Of a stretch of DNA of 64,000 nt, positions 9,126 through 18,642 are shown piece by piece. Source of the stretch: Candidatus Latescibacterota bacterium. GTDB taxonomy: Bacteria > Latescibacterota > UBA2968. The stretch lies in NCBI GenBank assembly GCA_965204745.1, contig OZ242010.1:384001-448000 (forward strand). Reading direction: 5' to 3'. The notes below the pieces were generated by a model. It had not been told where the DNA came from. It saw only the letters and a program-made list of their open reading frames with translations, and ran no database searches. Position 1 is the stretch's first letter; every line of letters begins with the position of its first letter. The position numbers were made by a program, and so were the translations under genes.

Positions 9126-10559
9126 CTAAGATATAGCAGATTTCTGGTCTTTAATCTCCTGCCATATTTCGTCAGCACTTTTGTGAAGTTTTAGCTGAAT
9201 TTCCGGACGTATAAGTAAATTTTTCCAAAGGTCTCGCAGTTCTACAACCTCATTTTCGTCTAATTCATCAAGACCAATTACCCACTGTTGTATCCTTTTA
9301 CCGCAACGGATGACCTGCGTCCTGTCCTCACTTCTCATAGTCCAGCGATTCTTCCAGCGCGTAGTGCGGAGAATTAAAACAAAGTCTCTCCATGGCGGGT
9401 GATGGAGCCGCCATTCCAACTGATTAAGTCCCTTTAATGCCTCTTTTACAGTATCAAGGGTCGGGTTTTCTAGATCGGGAAGACGTTTGTCAAGTAACTT
9501 GCGTACGATTTCTGCTAGCATCTGTTGTCCGATAGGCCAAAATAGGAGATGATCGCTTTCACTTTTATCTTCCTCATCCTCTTTGAGCTCATGAGTTCGC
9601 ATATAGATTGGCTCTTCGGAGAGATCAGGTATCTCATCAATTAAAGCCTTCCAATACATTGTCAATTCGTTAGAAAGTTCATCAATGTATTTTTCAGATG
9701 GACGGAACCGTTTGAACGTTTTCAGATCTGTACCTTCTTCTTCGATTGGGCCCCAACCATTGTTCTCTCTCTGTCGAGAACAGAGCAATTTAACGTTCAT
9801 CTCGTACAAGGTTTCAAGGCTTGTAAAGTATGGATCTCCTGTTTTGAGGTTTTTGCCCTTCTGTGTCTTAATGCGCCTTGATTTACTCTGTATGCCGGCC
9901 GATTTGAAGAAATCGTTGTCAGTAATCAAACGCCGCGTGAGAATGGCAAATGTATCATCCTCATCCATGATAATGTTAGTTGCCTGATCCGTGGGTTTGG
10001 CATAGCGATTGAGATTTGAGAATAGCCGGCGATACTTTGGCATGAAATTTTTATTTGCATCTTCTCGTCGCTCTGGCACAATTACAATGACGGAGAACTC
10101 ATCATTCTCGAAGCCCTCTGGAGCACCATCGGACAACGGATTATTTCGATCAAGAAGGGTCTTGATAGCTGATAGGCGATGTTGACCATCTAAGGCATAG
10201 TATTTCTGCGTTCCATCAAACTTCAATACACCAAACGCTTCATTAAGCCGTCGATCATCACGAAAAATTGCAAATTGAGGATCGTCTGTGATTTCAACGG
10301 GATAAAACATTGGATCTCCCTCAAGAGCCGCGACAACAATAGAGGAAAAGAAGCGATCCTGTTGGCGTTTCAAATACTCCACAATTTCTTTCTTAACTCT
10401 GCCTTCATTCAATGTACGCTGGATTGCCTCATCAAGGGTGCGATCCTCATAGACTTCAGAAGCATACTTCACATTTTCACTTAGCTCACGTGCGCTCATT
10501 TTGACGACATAGTAGTTCCAAGAGCCCATTTGAGAACGTAAAGCAGGATAAATATTCAT
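9126..10559 (-). CDS. DGQHR-domain / DndB-like protein
   Basis: QRTLNEGRVKKEIVEYL, FFSSIVV, ALDGQHRL and FSNLNRYAKP motifs. RBS GGAGG. Confidence 0.9.
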   Translation of the reverse strand: MNIYPALRSQMGSWNYYVVKMSARELSENVKYASEVYEDRTLDEAIQRTLNEGRVKKEIVEYLKRQQDRFFSSIVVAALEGDPMFYPVEITDDPQFAIFRDDRRLNEAFGVLKFDGTQKYYALDGQHRLSAIKTLLDRNNPLSDGAPEGFENDEFSVIVIVPERREDANKNFMPKYRRLFSNLNRYAKPTDQATNIIMDEDDTFAILTRRLITDNDFFKSAGIQSKSRRIKTQKGKNLKTGDPYFTSLETLYEMNVKLLCSRQRENNGWGPIEEEGTDLKTFKRFRPSEKYIDELSNELTMYWKALIDEIPDLSEEPIYMRTHELKEDEEDKSESDHLLFWPIGQQMLAEIVRKLLDKRLPDLENPTLDTVKEALKGLNQLEWRLHHPPWRDFVLILRTTRWKNRWTMRSEDRTQVIRCGKRIQQWVIGLDELDENEVVELRDLWKNLLIRPEIQLKLHKSADEIWQEIKDQKSAIS

Positions 10560-10596
10560 GAGTTAATCCTCCAAAAAATTTAAGGGTTTATCACTA

Positions 10597-11028
10597 CTAA
10601 GCAGGTCGAGGAGTGCCTAGCTTCGCAGGGATAGTTCCAGATATGCGATTTGCCGGTGGGCCAAAACATTCGATTAGACGCGCCTCAAGTTCGTCAATCC
10701 GGTCAGGATTCACTTCAGTGTACCAATATTCAAGATTATCACCAAAGCATTGTTTTGCTTGCTTAACCCCTCGCTCTGGTCTGCGACAGTGCTCAAGAAA
10801 TCGGCGATTAAGAGAGCGAGACTTGCCAACATAAATAATCTCATATAAAGCCTTAAACAAGCTTTGTTTGAAATCAGTTAGTTTAGCACAGATAGCATAT
10901 ACTCCTGACTTCTTGGGAACACTGTCACGACAACTTTGATCCAATTGTGTCTTTGACCAACGTGTTTTACTGACAACTCGCCTCAAGTGATCCCACTCTT
11001 GCTTTTCAAGTGTCCAACCGTGTCGCAT
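10597..11028 (-). CDS. GIY-YIG nuclease family protein
   Basis: VPKKSGVYAI...IIYVGKSRSLNRRFLEH, conserved LEARLI...PPAN. Confidence 0.8.
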   Translation of the reverse strand: MRHGWTLEKQEWDHLRRVVSKTRWSKTQLDQSCRDSVPKKSGVYAICAKLTDFKQSLFKALYEIIYVGKSRSLNRRFLEHCRRPERGVKQAKQCFGDNLEYWYTEVNPDRIDELEARLIECFGPPANRISGTIPAKLGTPRPA

Positions 11029-11067
11029 AATTATATCACACTTTGGATAAGATACTGAAGAAAGAAC

Positions 11068-11091
11068 TTTTACACAACCCTTTGTGTAAAA
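11068..11091. promoter_or_regulatory. Perfect 10-bp inverted repeat (operator or hairpin) between sspD and the GIY-YIG gene
   Basis: TTTTACACAA-CCCT-TTGTGTAAAA. Confidence 0.4.
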
Positions 11092-11115
11092 ATTTGTGCA
11101 GGGTACTTAGATATG

Positions 11116-11922
11116 TCACAAATGGCAAATCGCGCACCCTTCGGTCTCTTCGATCATCGGCAAGTCTTTGAGGGGTTGGTTTGCGATGTCGTCTAAGGTC
11201 TTCCCATCCACCCATGTGAATTTCTTCCCGTTCTTCACCTGCTCGTATTCCTTTGCCTTTTCAAACAAATCGGGATGTTCTCGTTTTAATCTTTGCCATT
11301 CCCCAACTTGCTGGTAGAAGCAAAAGTAGCACCCCGACCGCGACCGCCAGTTGTAATACTCGGGCAGTCCAAGCCCCGATTCCTCTAAAATCCGCTTAAT
11401 ATCTGCCAAGCCAAGGCCGTCGTCCTTAAATGGATAAACGGGAATGATGTTGGGCTGTTGAGAAATTGAGGGCGGTTTTTTGGCGATGTACCCATCGCGG
11501 TCTTCGTCGTCGCGGATGCCGATATAGCTATACGCCCGGCTGTCGCCAACATAATCTTCAAACGGTTCAATTTTCAACACGCGCGTACACCACCGCGATC
11601 TCGGGCTGGGCAAATAGCCGCCGTATATCTCGTTCAAATACATATCGAACGGATTGCGCCCGGGCTTTTTCTCCACCCGCAAACCGTCGAGTGCGTTCAG
11701 GCGGCGAACACTAACGCCGAGCAGTGCCTCCAAGCACTCCAGATATTCATACGTTTCATCCAACTCACATCCGGTATCGCAGAACACGTACTCCGCAGGG
11801 ATTTGCGGATAATTCTGCCGCATATAGACAGCGAGAGCCGCGGAGTCTTTGCCCCCCGAAACACTGACGATATGCCGAATGTCATCGGACAGATTGTTCA
11901 ATGCGTCTCGTATGGTTGCCAT
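11116..11922 (-). CDS. sspD: PAPS-reductase family protein, SspD-like (DNA phosphorothioation)
   Basis: SGGKDS PP-loop, FCDTGCEL, RWCTRVLKI, RSRSGCYFCFYQ, C-terminal CAICHL. Fourth gene of a desulfurase-DUF4007-ATPase-PAPS reductase series. Confidence 0.8.
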   Translation of the reverse strand: MATIRDALNNLSDDIRHIVSVSGGKDSAALAVYMRQNYPQIPAEYVFCDTGCELDETYEYLECLEALLGVSVRRLNALDGLRVEKKPGRNPFDMYLNEIYGGYLPSPRSRWCTRVLKIEPFEDYVGDSRAYSYIGIRDDEDRDGYIAKKPPSISQQPNIIPVYPFKDDGLGLADIKRILEESGLGLPEYYNWRSRSGCYFCFYQQVGEWQRLKREHPDLFEKAKEYEQVKNGKKFTWVDGKTLDDIANQPLKDLPMIEETEGCAICHL

Positions 11923-14900
11923 GCGAATCCTTTCCGTTATGGTCTTTGAGAATATGTGCAAATAAGGCCCGCGCTTCTTCCGGGCCGACGATAAGGGCTA
12001 AACGCCCATACAATTCCCGCACGCGCTCCTGCACCAAATTCGCCAATCCGTCTTTGACCGCGCCGTTCGCCTGAAATTCAAACGACAGTGCTCTTTCCTC
12101 GATGCGCCGCACTGCGCTGTGAATTTCGCTGTCAAAAATCGCGCTGTTGCTGTCATCCCACCGGTTGAGCGTCTTGCGAAACAGCAAGCCGGACAATGAG
12201 TCGATGAGTTTGGCATCGGACGGATACGGCATACGCAGGCGAGAGAGAAGCCCTTTTGCCGTGCTGTCAGTCAGCGCGTTGGATAGCTCATCGGGAAAAC
12301 ACAATGCCCACTGGCGAGCGACCGCGTGTACGCATCCATTTTGGGTTTCTCGGTTCGCAGGCAGTGCCCTACGCAAAGAAGCAATCGCTTCTTTCCGATA
12401 ACCGTCAATGACCGCAGAGAGTTCACATTTACAGGTTTCGAGGGATTCCAACAAGGAGTGTTGCTCGTCAATTGCGTGTTTTAATGCAGTTGGAATGCGC
12501 TCAAATAGCAGGTGTACCGGATTGGACTGCTGGCGAATTGCCTTTTGAAAGCGACGGGTCAATGGGGTTAAATGCACGGTTGACAGCGCGCCGGTCGGAA
12601 GCGTCGTCTTCCAGCTTTCAAGCGCGTCATAGCAGGCCCGAATGAGATCATTACCGGTTGTTGAACTTGCGCTCGCAACAAAGAGATCATAAACCGCGTT
12701 GAGATACGCTCGTTTTGGCTGATCGATGTCTAAGACGACAAATTCAAACCTTTCCGGTTCGCGGCATAACTGTTCGATGACAGAGGGCAAAATATCGGAT
12801 ACGTAGGTCCCTTCACGGTGGAGAGAATACGCACTCGGAAAGGCTTTGAGACCTGCGGCAAAGAAAATGGGCAGCACCCCGGCGCGAACCCCGAAAGGCG
12901 GATCCATCAGTTCATCAAAGAATCCTCGAATATCCTTTGGGGCTTTTGCGGGGGTTGTCAAAAATGCGCGAACTTTGTCCCAAACCTCTTTTATCCCCTC
13001 GTCCTCCACTTCATCGGGCATCGCATAACGCCAGCGTCCGTCGTCTTTTTTGTATAACCCGGTATGCAACAGCACTGTGCGGAACATGGACGAATCCGGA
13101 AAATTGCCTTCGAGGCCCAAATTCTCCTGACCTGATCGCTCCAATACACCGAGCAGGAGTTTCTTGCGCGCATTGACCACAATGGGGGACGGTTTGTGCC
13201 GCACGATCATCTCATTGTTGATGATGGGCGTTTGGTGGAAAATTTTTGACATGAGATTGGACAGTTCATCCCGCAAGTCATACGCGCTTTTGACGGGCAA
13301 TGCGTTCCCCCTGTAAAAATAGCGCGGCCCATCGCTGCTCGGCTGGATCAACCGGTCGAGGAGCGTTTGAAGATGGGCATGGGCATCGTCGGTCATAAGT
13401 TGAATTTCGGACGACACATGCGGGTCTGAGTCTATCAGCTTATCATCGCCTTGCATCTGCATCAAACACCACACTTCCAAAGCCATCTCAAATAGGGGGA
13501 TGGGCGCGCGGGGTATCGCAAGAACAACCCTTTCGTTGCGTAGGCGTTTTGCCGCGCGCTCTGCTTTTCGCAATTCCTCTGCTGTCTCGGCAATGACATA
13601 CACACAAATGCCATCGCAACCAACGGGCATCTTACGCAAAGAAATCTCGGCCTCCAAGTATTCGGATAATTGTTTCAAACAGCAATACGCGCCTTGCGAG
13701 AAACGCCTGATGCAAAACTCGCTGTTATACCTCACGGGGCGCCATACGGGCGGGGGGGCTTCTTCGGTCAAAAACGCAATGAACTCAAAAGTAGCCCGCT
13801 GTCGCAATTTCTCGTCTTCAAGCCTGCCCCGAAGATCGGCATCTGTCCCATGCCAAACGGAAACCTCATCGCTGTGTTTTCTGTGTAACAGGTGTTTCCC
13901 GTCTATGAGTTGGTCAATAACCGTTTCTGCCCGCTGTGATCCCGTGGTGCCATAGCCGCACAGGGCAAAGTGCAACAAAGCGCGAGTCGCGTGTGACCGC
14001 TCGCCATGGACACCAAAACCCAAGAGGCTTGCTGTTTTCAGTGTTGTTGCCGCCAAGTCATCCGCGTCGTCCAACTTTGAGAGGGCATTTTGCGTTTCGA
14101 GCCACTGCCTGTAGGTGCCTCCGACGGCTGTATCTGCACGCATATCCGATGAAAAGTATTCGTAGAGATGGTCGGGCCTAATGAGATTTTGCAAATCCAT
14201 AGCATTGAGAAAACTGAACAGGGTCCTCTCGTTTTGCGCCACGCGCCCGGACATGCGGGGCAGCAAATATAGGGTCGTCGGCTCTAGGGGATATGCCCGG
14301 CGCAAAAGCGACTGAAGTTCCGACGGGTCAAAATCGGCAAACAGGCCGAGTTGTTTGCACGCTTCTGCCACCAAGGTTGCTCGTTTGGCTGTCAAGGCAC
14401 AAGGGCTATTCTGTCTGTCGGCAAACATGCCGAGTTGGGGAGAATCATTATTCGCCCCTACTTTTGCACAAGGGCTATTCTGGTTGAAAACCACTCCTGA
14501 TATGAGGCGGTAGATCTCCTTGCTGTCGTCTATGTACTGAATCGTCTGAAAACGACCCTCAATTTTTCGCCACTCTGCGCGCACTGTTTGTGGGGAGTTG
14601 CTCGCGTACTGAAACAATTCTTGGTGGAGCAACAGGCCGAGCGTCATCGGAATGCCATGAGACCGATTGACAAACTCCGCCAACAATTGGATTTCACTCA
14701 AAGCGACGGAACGCCCCTCAGAAATCAACGACTCGATGTGGCGTCCGAACTCATCCCACAAAATCGAGACCCGATCACAGCCGGTCGCACGCGCTTTGTC
14801 CCGAACCACGCCGAGCAATTCAATGGCCTGTTCAATCGTCTCAGAGGGCATTGACGCAATGGCACGCGCTTGCCGGCCCAACTTCATACGCCGCATCCCC

Positions 14901-15307
14901 TCGAGCGCGGCGTCTTTTAGGCTTTCGCTCAAATTTCGACAATGGTCCTGCAAGACCAGCACGATCCCTTTGTCTTTGCCCTTGCGGCGTTCTTGGGAAA
15001 ATTTGCCCAAACCCGGACTGACGACGTGAAGCCTGTCTTCAATCGCCGTGAGCGTATCATCGGCCTCGGCGCGGTTCTCGATCAAGTGCAACAAATAGGT
15101 CGCTGTAATTGATTTGCCCGTGCCATAAGGCGCGACCACAAAAAACGCCCTGTCTCGTTCAAGACCGAGCAGGGATTTGATGAGCGGGACACTTTTGGCC
15201 GTGGGTTGGTAATGCGCGATCCGATGCGGATATGCTGCGTCGTACGATATGTTGATGGAACGAAGAAATGCTTCGGTGGCGAACGCGACTGGTTTTTCAT
15301 GCGGCAT
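11882..15307 (-). CDS. sspC: Large P-loop ATPase, SspC-like
   Basis: FLRSINI N-terminus, APYGTGKS Walker A, WDEFGR Walker B, EWRKIEGRF, YPLEP, QNERTLFSFL. 1141 aa, overlapping both neighbours. Confidence 0.8.
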   Translation of the reverse strand: MPHEKPVAFATEAFLRSINISYDAAYPHRIAHYQPTAKSVPLIKSLLGLERDRAFFVVAPYGTGKSITATYLLHLIENRAEADDTLTAIEDRLHVVSPGLGKFSQERRKGKDKGIVLVLQDHCRNLSESLKDAALEGMRRMKLGRQARAIASMPSETIEQAIELLGVVRDKARATGCDRVSILWDEFGRHIESLISEGRSVALSEIQLLAEFVNRSHGIPMTLGLLLHQELFQYASNSPQTVRAEWRKIEGRFQTIQYIDDSKEIYRLISGVVFNQNSPCAKVGANNDSPQLGMFADRQNSPCALTAKRATLVAEACKQLGLFADFDPSELQSLLRRAYPLEPTTLYLLPRMSGRVAQNERTLFSFLNAMDLQNLIRPDHLYEYFSSDMRADTAVGGTYRQWLETQNALSKLDDADDLAATTLKTASLLGFGVHGERSHATRALLHFALCGYGTTGSQRAETVIDQLIDGKHLLHRKHSDEVSVWHGTDADLRGRLEDEKLRQRATFEFIAFLTEEAPPPVWRPVRYNSEFCIRRFSQGAYCCLKQLSEYLEAEISLRKMPVGCDGICVYVIAETAEELRKAERAAKRLRNERVVLAIPRAPIPLFEMALEVWCLMQMQGDDKLIDSDPHVSSEIQLMTDDAHAHLQTLLDRLIQPSSDGPRYFYRGNALPVKSAYDLRDELSNLMSKIFHQTPIINNEMIVRHKPSPIVVNARKKLLLGVLERSGQENLGLEGNFPDSSMFRTVLLHTGLYKKDDGRWRYAMPDEVEDEGIKEVWDKVRAFLTTPAKAPKDIRGFFDELMDPPFGVRAGVLPIFFAAGLKAFPSAYSLHREGTYVSDILPSVIEQLCREPERFEFVVLDIDQPKRAYLNAVYDLFVASASSTTGNDLIRACYDALESWKTTLPTGALSTVHLTPLTRRFQKAIRQQSNPVHLLFERIPTALKHAIDEQHSLLESLETCKCELSAVIDGYRKEAIASLRRALPANRETQNGCVHAVARQWALCFPDELSNALTDSTAKGLLSRLRMPYPSDAKLIDSLSGLLFRKTLNRWDDSNSAIFDSEIHSAVRRIEERALSFEFQANGAVKDGLANLVQERVRELYGRLALIVGPEEARALFAHILKDHNGKDSHGNHTRRIEQSVR

Positions 15308-16187
15308 GGCGATTTCTCCGTTGGATGGCTCGGTAGTGATTTTTCAGCCAAGCGATGGGTTGCATTTTTGGAATGCGTATCCTCCGATCTCCGGCGAGAT
15401 CGACCACGCGGATATCGGCGTTTGGATCCGTTTCTTCAGCATTGAGCGCGAGCGCGAGTAGCGCATCAACGGTCAGGACAAATGCTTTGCCGGGGCCACC
15501 GGGGATCGTTGTCGCCTCTCTCGCGGATATATCGACTGTATCCCGTCCTTCCCTGGCTTCCTCCAATGCGCTGGCGAGGGCATATCCGAGTAAATGCGGG
15601 GGAATCGCCTTTTCGCCTCGATGCACTTGGTAATCTCCCGATGCGTGAAAATGGCTCAACAAACCGAGTTCGACAAATGGACATTCGAGCGCGTCTTCCG
15701 GGTCGTCGCAGGTCGTTGGAATGGATCGGGCATAACTCTGCAAAAGACAAGCCACATCTCGCTCGAGCGTCCTCGGCCTAGGCGGGCGATATTGTTGCAG
15801 ATAGCGCGACAACTTGTCGATGCACACGGCCCGCTTAAATCGGGCTTGATTAAATTCGTTGAAAAACCATTGCCATGTAAAGGCGCGATTTTCGGGATGC
15901 ACCAGGTTGACGTGCAAAGCCCACCATGTTCCGATTTCGACAAAATAGGGATCGCGCTCGTAAATCAGCCGGGCGAGGTCGGTTGCATCCAACGCAGACC
16001 GCATTCGCACGGCCAGCCCCGTGACCTCCAACCAGTGGCGGATAGAGCGGGACATATTTTTGCCAACGCCGAGCCGATCCGCAACGTATTTGTCAAACAT
16101 CTGATCGGGGTCTTCGATGAGCAGCTTAAGCCCTTTGTGAAGCCAGCCTTCCCGAATCGCAAATGTTTCGTGGCCGCTAAATTTCAT
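15297..16187 (-). CDS. sspB: DUF4007 family protein, SspB-like
   Basis: FSGHETFAIREGWLHKG, LGVGKNMSRSIRHWL, DPYF, CPFVELGLL. RBS GGGAG before ATG at 16187. Confidence 0.85.
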   Translation of the reverse strand: MKFSGHETFAIREGWLHKGLKLLIEDPDQMFDKYVADRLGVGKNMSRSIRHWLEVTGLAVRMRSALDATDLARLIYERDPYFVEIGTWWALHVNLVHPENRAFTWQWFFNEFNQARFKRAVCIDKLSRYLQQYRPPRPRTLERDVACLLQSYARSIPTTCDDPEDALECPFVELGLLSHFHASGDYQVHRGEKAIPPHLLGYALASALEEAREGRDTVDISAREATTIPGGPGKAFVLTVDALLALALNAEETDPNADIRVVDLAGDRRIRIPKMQPIAWLKNHYRAIQRRNRHAA

Positions 16188-16195
16188 GATCTCCC

Positions 16196-17368
16196 CTATT
16201 CGTCCGAGAATCGTTTGAACCTGAAAAACCGACGCAACTGGTCGCACAATCGCGCGAGATGTGCAACCGCCTCGTCAACCTCTTCCATTGTGTTGAACTC
16301 CGAAAAGCTAAACCGGATACTCGAGTATGCCTCGGGTTCGGAAAGGCCCATTGCACGCAACACGTACGAGGGTTCGGGCCGCTGATTGGTGCATGCAGAA
16401 CTCTGTGAACACCGGACCCCTTCTCGATCCAACCGCGCCACGAGTGCCTGACCATCCACACCGCGAAACAGCAAATTGGTCGTATTGCCAACCCGCGCAC
16501 TGGGATCGCCGTTAATCGCCACATCGGGCACGCGCTCCATGACGGACTGCTCAAAACGGTCCCGAAGTGAAGCCGTAAATTCTCGCACGGCCGCGAACCG
16601 ATCCAATCGCACTTTGGCTGCGGTTCCCATGCCAATAATGCCTGGTACATTTTCTGTTCCCGGGCGCAACCCACCTTCTTGAGTCCCGCCCCAGAGCAAC
16701 GGGAATAACGCTTTGGTCGCTTTTACATACATTGCCCCAATCCCCTGTGGGCCGTGGAATTTATGCGCGGTAAAAGTCAAAAAATCAATGGGCAGTTCCG
16801 CTATTGAGATGGGCAACTTGCCAACGGCCTGCGCCGCATCCGTGTGAAATAAGACCCCTCGGGATCGACAAAGCCGCGCAATTTGTTCAATGGGCGAAAT
16901 CGCGCCCGTCTCATTATTGACCCATTGCACGGAGACCAAATCGGTATTTGGCGAGATGGCGTTGTCCAGCATTGCCCAATCCAACTGCCCACAGCGATCC
17001 ACGGGTATAGCTACGACCTCAACGCCTGTTGTGCCGAGATAGTCACACATTTTCACAATAGACGAGTGTTCCACAGTCGTCGTCACAATGCGAACCGGTT
17101 GTTGTGCGCGTTGCACAACCGAATTAAAGACCGTGTTGTTGGCCTCGGTGCCACTTCCCGTAAAGACGAGTTGATCGGCCGCGGCACCGATCAACTTTGC
17201 CACGGCCTCACGCGCTACAACCATGGCTTCGCGCACGCGGTCGCCTGCTGAATGCGCGCTCGACGGATTGCCAAAATCCGCGCCCAAAACGCGCATCATC
17301 GCCTCGCGGACTTCGGGCAATGGTTGCGTCGTGGCGTTGTTGTCCAAATATATTTCGCGTCTCATCAT
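16196..17368 (-). CDS. sspA: Cysteine desulfurase (IscS/DndA/SspA-type)
   Basis: IYLDNNATT, GNPSS, HTDAAQAVGK, AHKFHGP (PLP lysine), SQSSAC catalytic Cys. First gene of the ssp series. Confidence 0.85.
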   Translation of the reverse strand: MMRREIYLDNNATTQPLPEVREAMMRVLGADFGNPSSAHSAGDRVREAMVVAREAVAKLIGAAADQLVFTGSGTEANNTVFNSVVQRAQQPVRIVTTTVEHSSIVKMCDYLGTTGVEVVAIPVDRCGQLDWAMLDNAISPNTDLVSVQWVNNETGAISPIEQIARLCRSRGVLFHTDAAQAVGKLPISIAELPIDFLTFTAHKFHGPQGIGAMYVKATKALFPLLWGGTQEGGLRPGTENVPGIIGMGTAAKVRLDRFAAVREFTASLRDRFEQSVMERVPDVAINGDPSARVGNTTNLLFRGVDGQALVARLDREGVRCSQSSACTNQRPEPSYVLRAMGLSEPEAYSSIRFSFSEFNTMEEVDEAVAHLARLCDQLRRFFRFKRFSDE

Positions 17369-17530
17369 GTTAAAATATCGTTACGAGAGGCGAGATTCGT
17401 CAACAAAAAAAACGGACGCAACCCATCCGCGACATTTAATCCCGCGTCTCATGCTCGGAAATTGCGGCTGAAAATTTTTCGATCACATCGGGGGCGAATT
17501 GGACGGATCGACCAGTAGAAAAAATAATTA

Positions 17531-18610
17531 TAGGACTTACGCAAAAAAGAACGAGATCGCCCCCCCATCCTCACATTGGAGGTCTGTATGGCGAAACCAA
17601 CGCGCCTGGATTACTGCCAGTATTTGCTTAGTAGTCCGCACAACTATACCCTGACTCATTTCGCAGATCACAGCGACCGGTTCACGCATGATATGCTCAA
17701 CCGCACGCTGGGTGGGGATCGCGTCTCGCCGCGTGAGATCTGGAAAAACGTCAAACCCCACCTCACGTTGACCGCAAAGGGCGTGGTTCTCTTTGATGAT
17801 ACGGTCCAAGACAAGCGCTATGCGAAAAAGATGGCCCTCGTGCGTCGGCAATACAGTGGCAATGCGAAGGGGGTCATCAATGGGATCGGTGTGGTGACGT
17901 GTGTGTATGTCAATCCGGTTACCGATCCGTTTTGGTTGATTGACTATCGCATTGACGACCCAGAAGGGGACGGAAAAACCAAGTTAGACCACGTCAAAGA
18001 GATGTTGTCACTCTTGGTCTCTCACAAAAAGCTGCCTTTTGATCGGGTGGTGATGGATACTTGGTATGCCACCAAAGCGGTCATGCTTCACATTGAGCAC
18101 TTGCAAAAGACCTATTACTGTCCTATTAAAAAGAATCGCCTCGTGGACGATTCGGGAGGTGAAAACCCCTATCAACGGGTCGATGCCTTAACTTGGACAA
18201 AACGCGAACAGGCCACAGGGAAACGCATTAAACTCAGAGGGTTCCCCAAAAACCATAAGGTGAACGTATTCCGGGTTGCATCTCCTACGGGACGCACGGC
18301 GTATATCGTAACCAACGACTTGACGCAAACCGACCCGTCGGTGGCACAAGCGGTGTGCCACTTGCGTTGGAAGATTGAGCAAGTTCACCGGGAAGCAAAA
18401 CAGGTAACGGGGCTTGAAAAGTGTCAATGCCGATTGGCACGCATTGTGCGAAACCATATTGCGTGTGCCTTTCTCGTTTGGGGACGACTGACTCAAGTCG
18501 CCCATCAGACCGGACAAACCATCTATCAAGTCAAACATGGCTTATGGGAGGACTATTTGAGACAACAACTCAAAACACCGGCGATACCAATGACCCTGGC
18601 GTAAGTCCTA
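17531..18610 (+). mobile_element. IS701-family insertion sequence, apparently complete
   Basis: Perfect 12-bp terminal inverted repeats TAGGACTTACGC (17531) and GCGTAAGTCCTA (18599-18610). 5-bp target duplication AATTA at 17526-17530 and 18611-18615. Confidence 0.9.
17588..18604 (+). CDS. IS701-family DDE transposase
   Basis: RLDYCQYLLSS N-terminus, LFDDTVQDK, RRQYSGN, MDTWY, RWKIEQVHREAKQ. RBS GGAGG. The stop lies inside the right IR. Confidence 0.9.
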   Translation: MAKPTRLDYCQYLLSSPHNYTLTHFADHSDRFTHDMLNRTLGGDRVSPREIWKNVKPHLTLTAKGVVLFDDTVQDKRYAKKMALVRRQYSGNAKGVINGIGVVTCVYVNPVTDPFWLIDYRIDDPEGDGKTKLDHVKEMLSLLVSHKKLPFDRVVMDTWYATKAVMLHIEHLQKTYYCPIKKNRLVDDSGGENPYQRVDALTWTKREQATGKRIKLRGFPKNHKVNVFRVASPTGRTAYIVTNDLTQTDPSVAQAVCHLRWKIEQVHREAKQVTGLEKCQCRLARIVRNHIACAFLVWGRLTQVAHQTGQTIYQVKHGLWEDYLRQQLKTPAIPMTLA

Positions 18611-18642
18611 AATTATTTGCCCCTACTCATTTTTTTTGGTGA

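Noticed and set aside
3559-10559. Canonical dndBCDE operon
   Set aside because: There is no DndC-sized protein next to the ATPase. The PAPS reductase is the short SspD type, and the ATPase follows a PLD-helicase as in pbe modules.
11116-17368. BREX type 4 assignment (also has desulfurase, PAPS reductase, DUF4007 and ATPase)
   Set aside because: No PglZ or BrxL gene is in the cluster. Gene order and the separate DUF4007 and PAPS-reductase genes fit sspABCD.
17369-17410. Promoter for sspA (TTGACG on the minus strand)
   Set aside because: There is no convincing -10 hexamer at 16-18 nt spacing.
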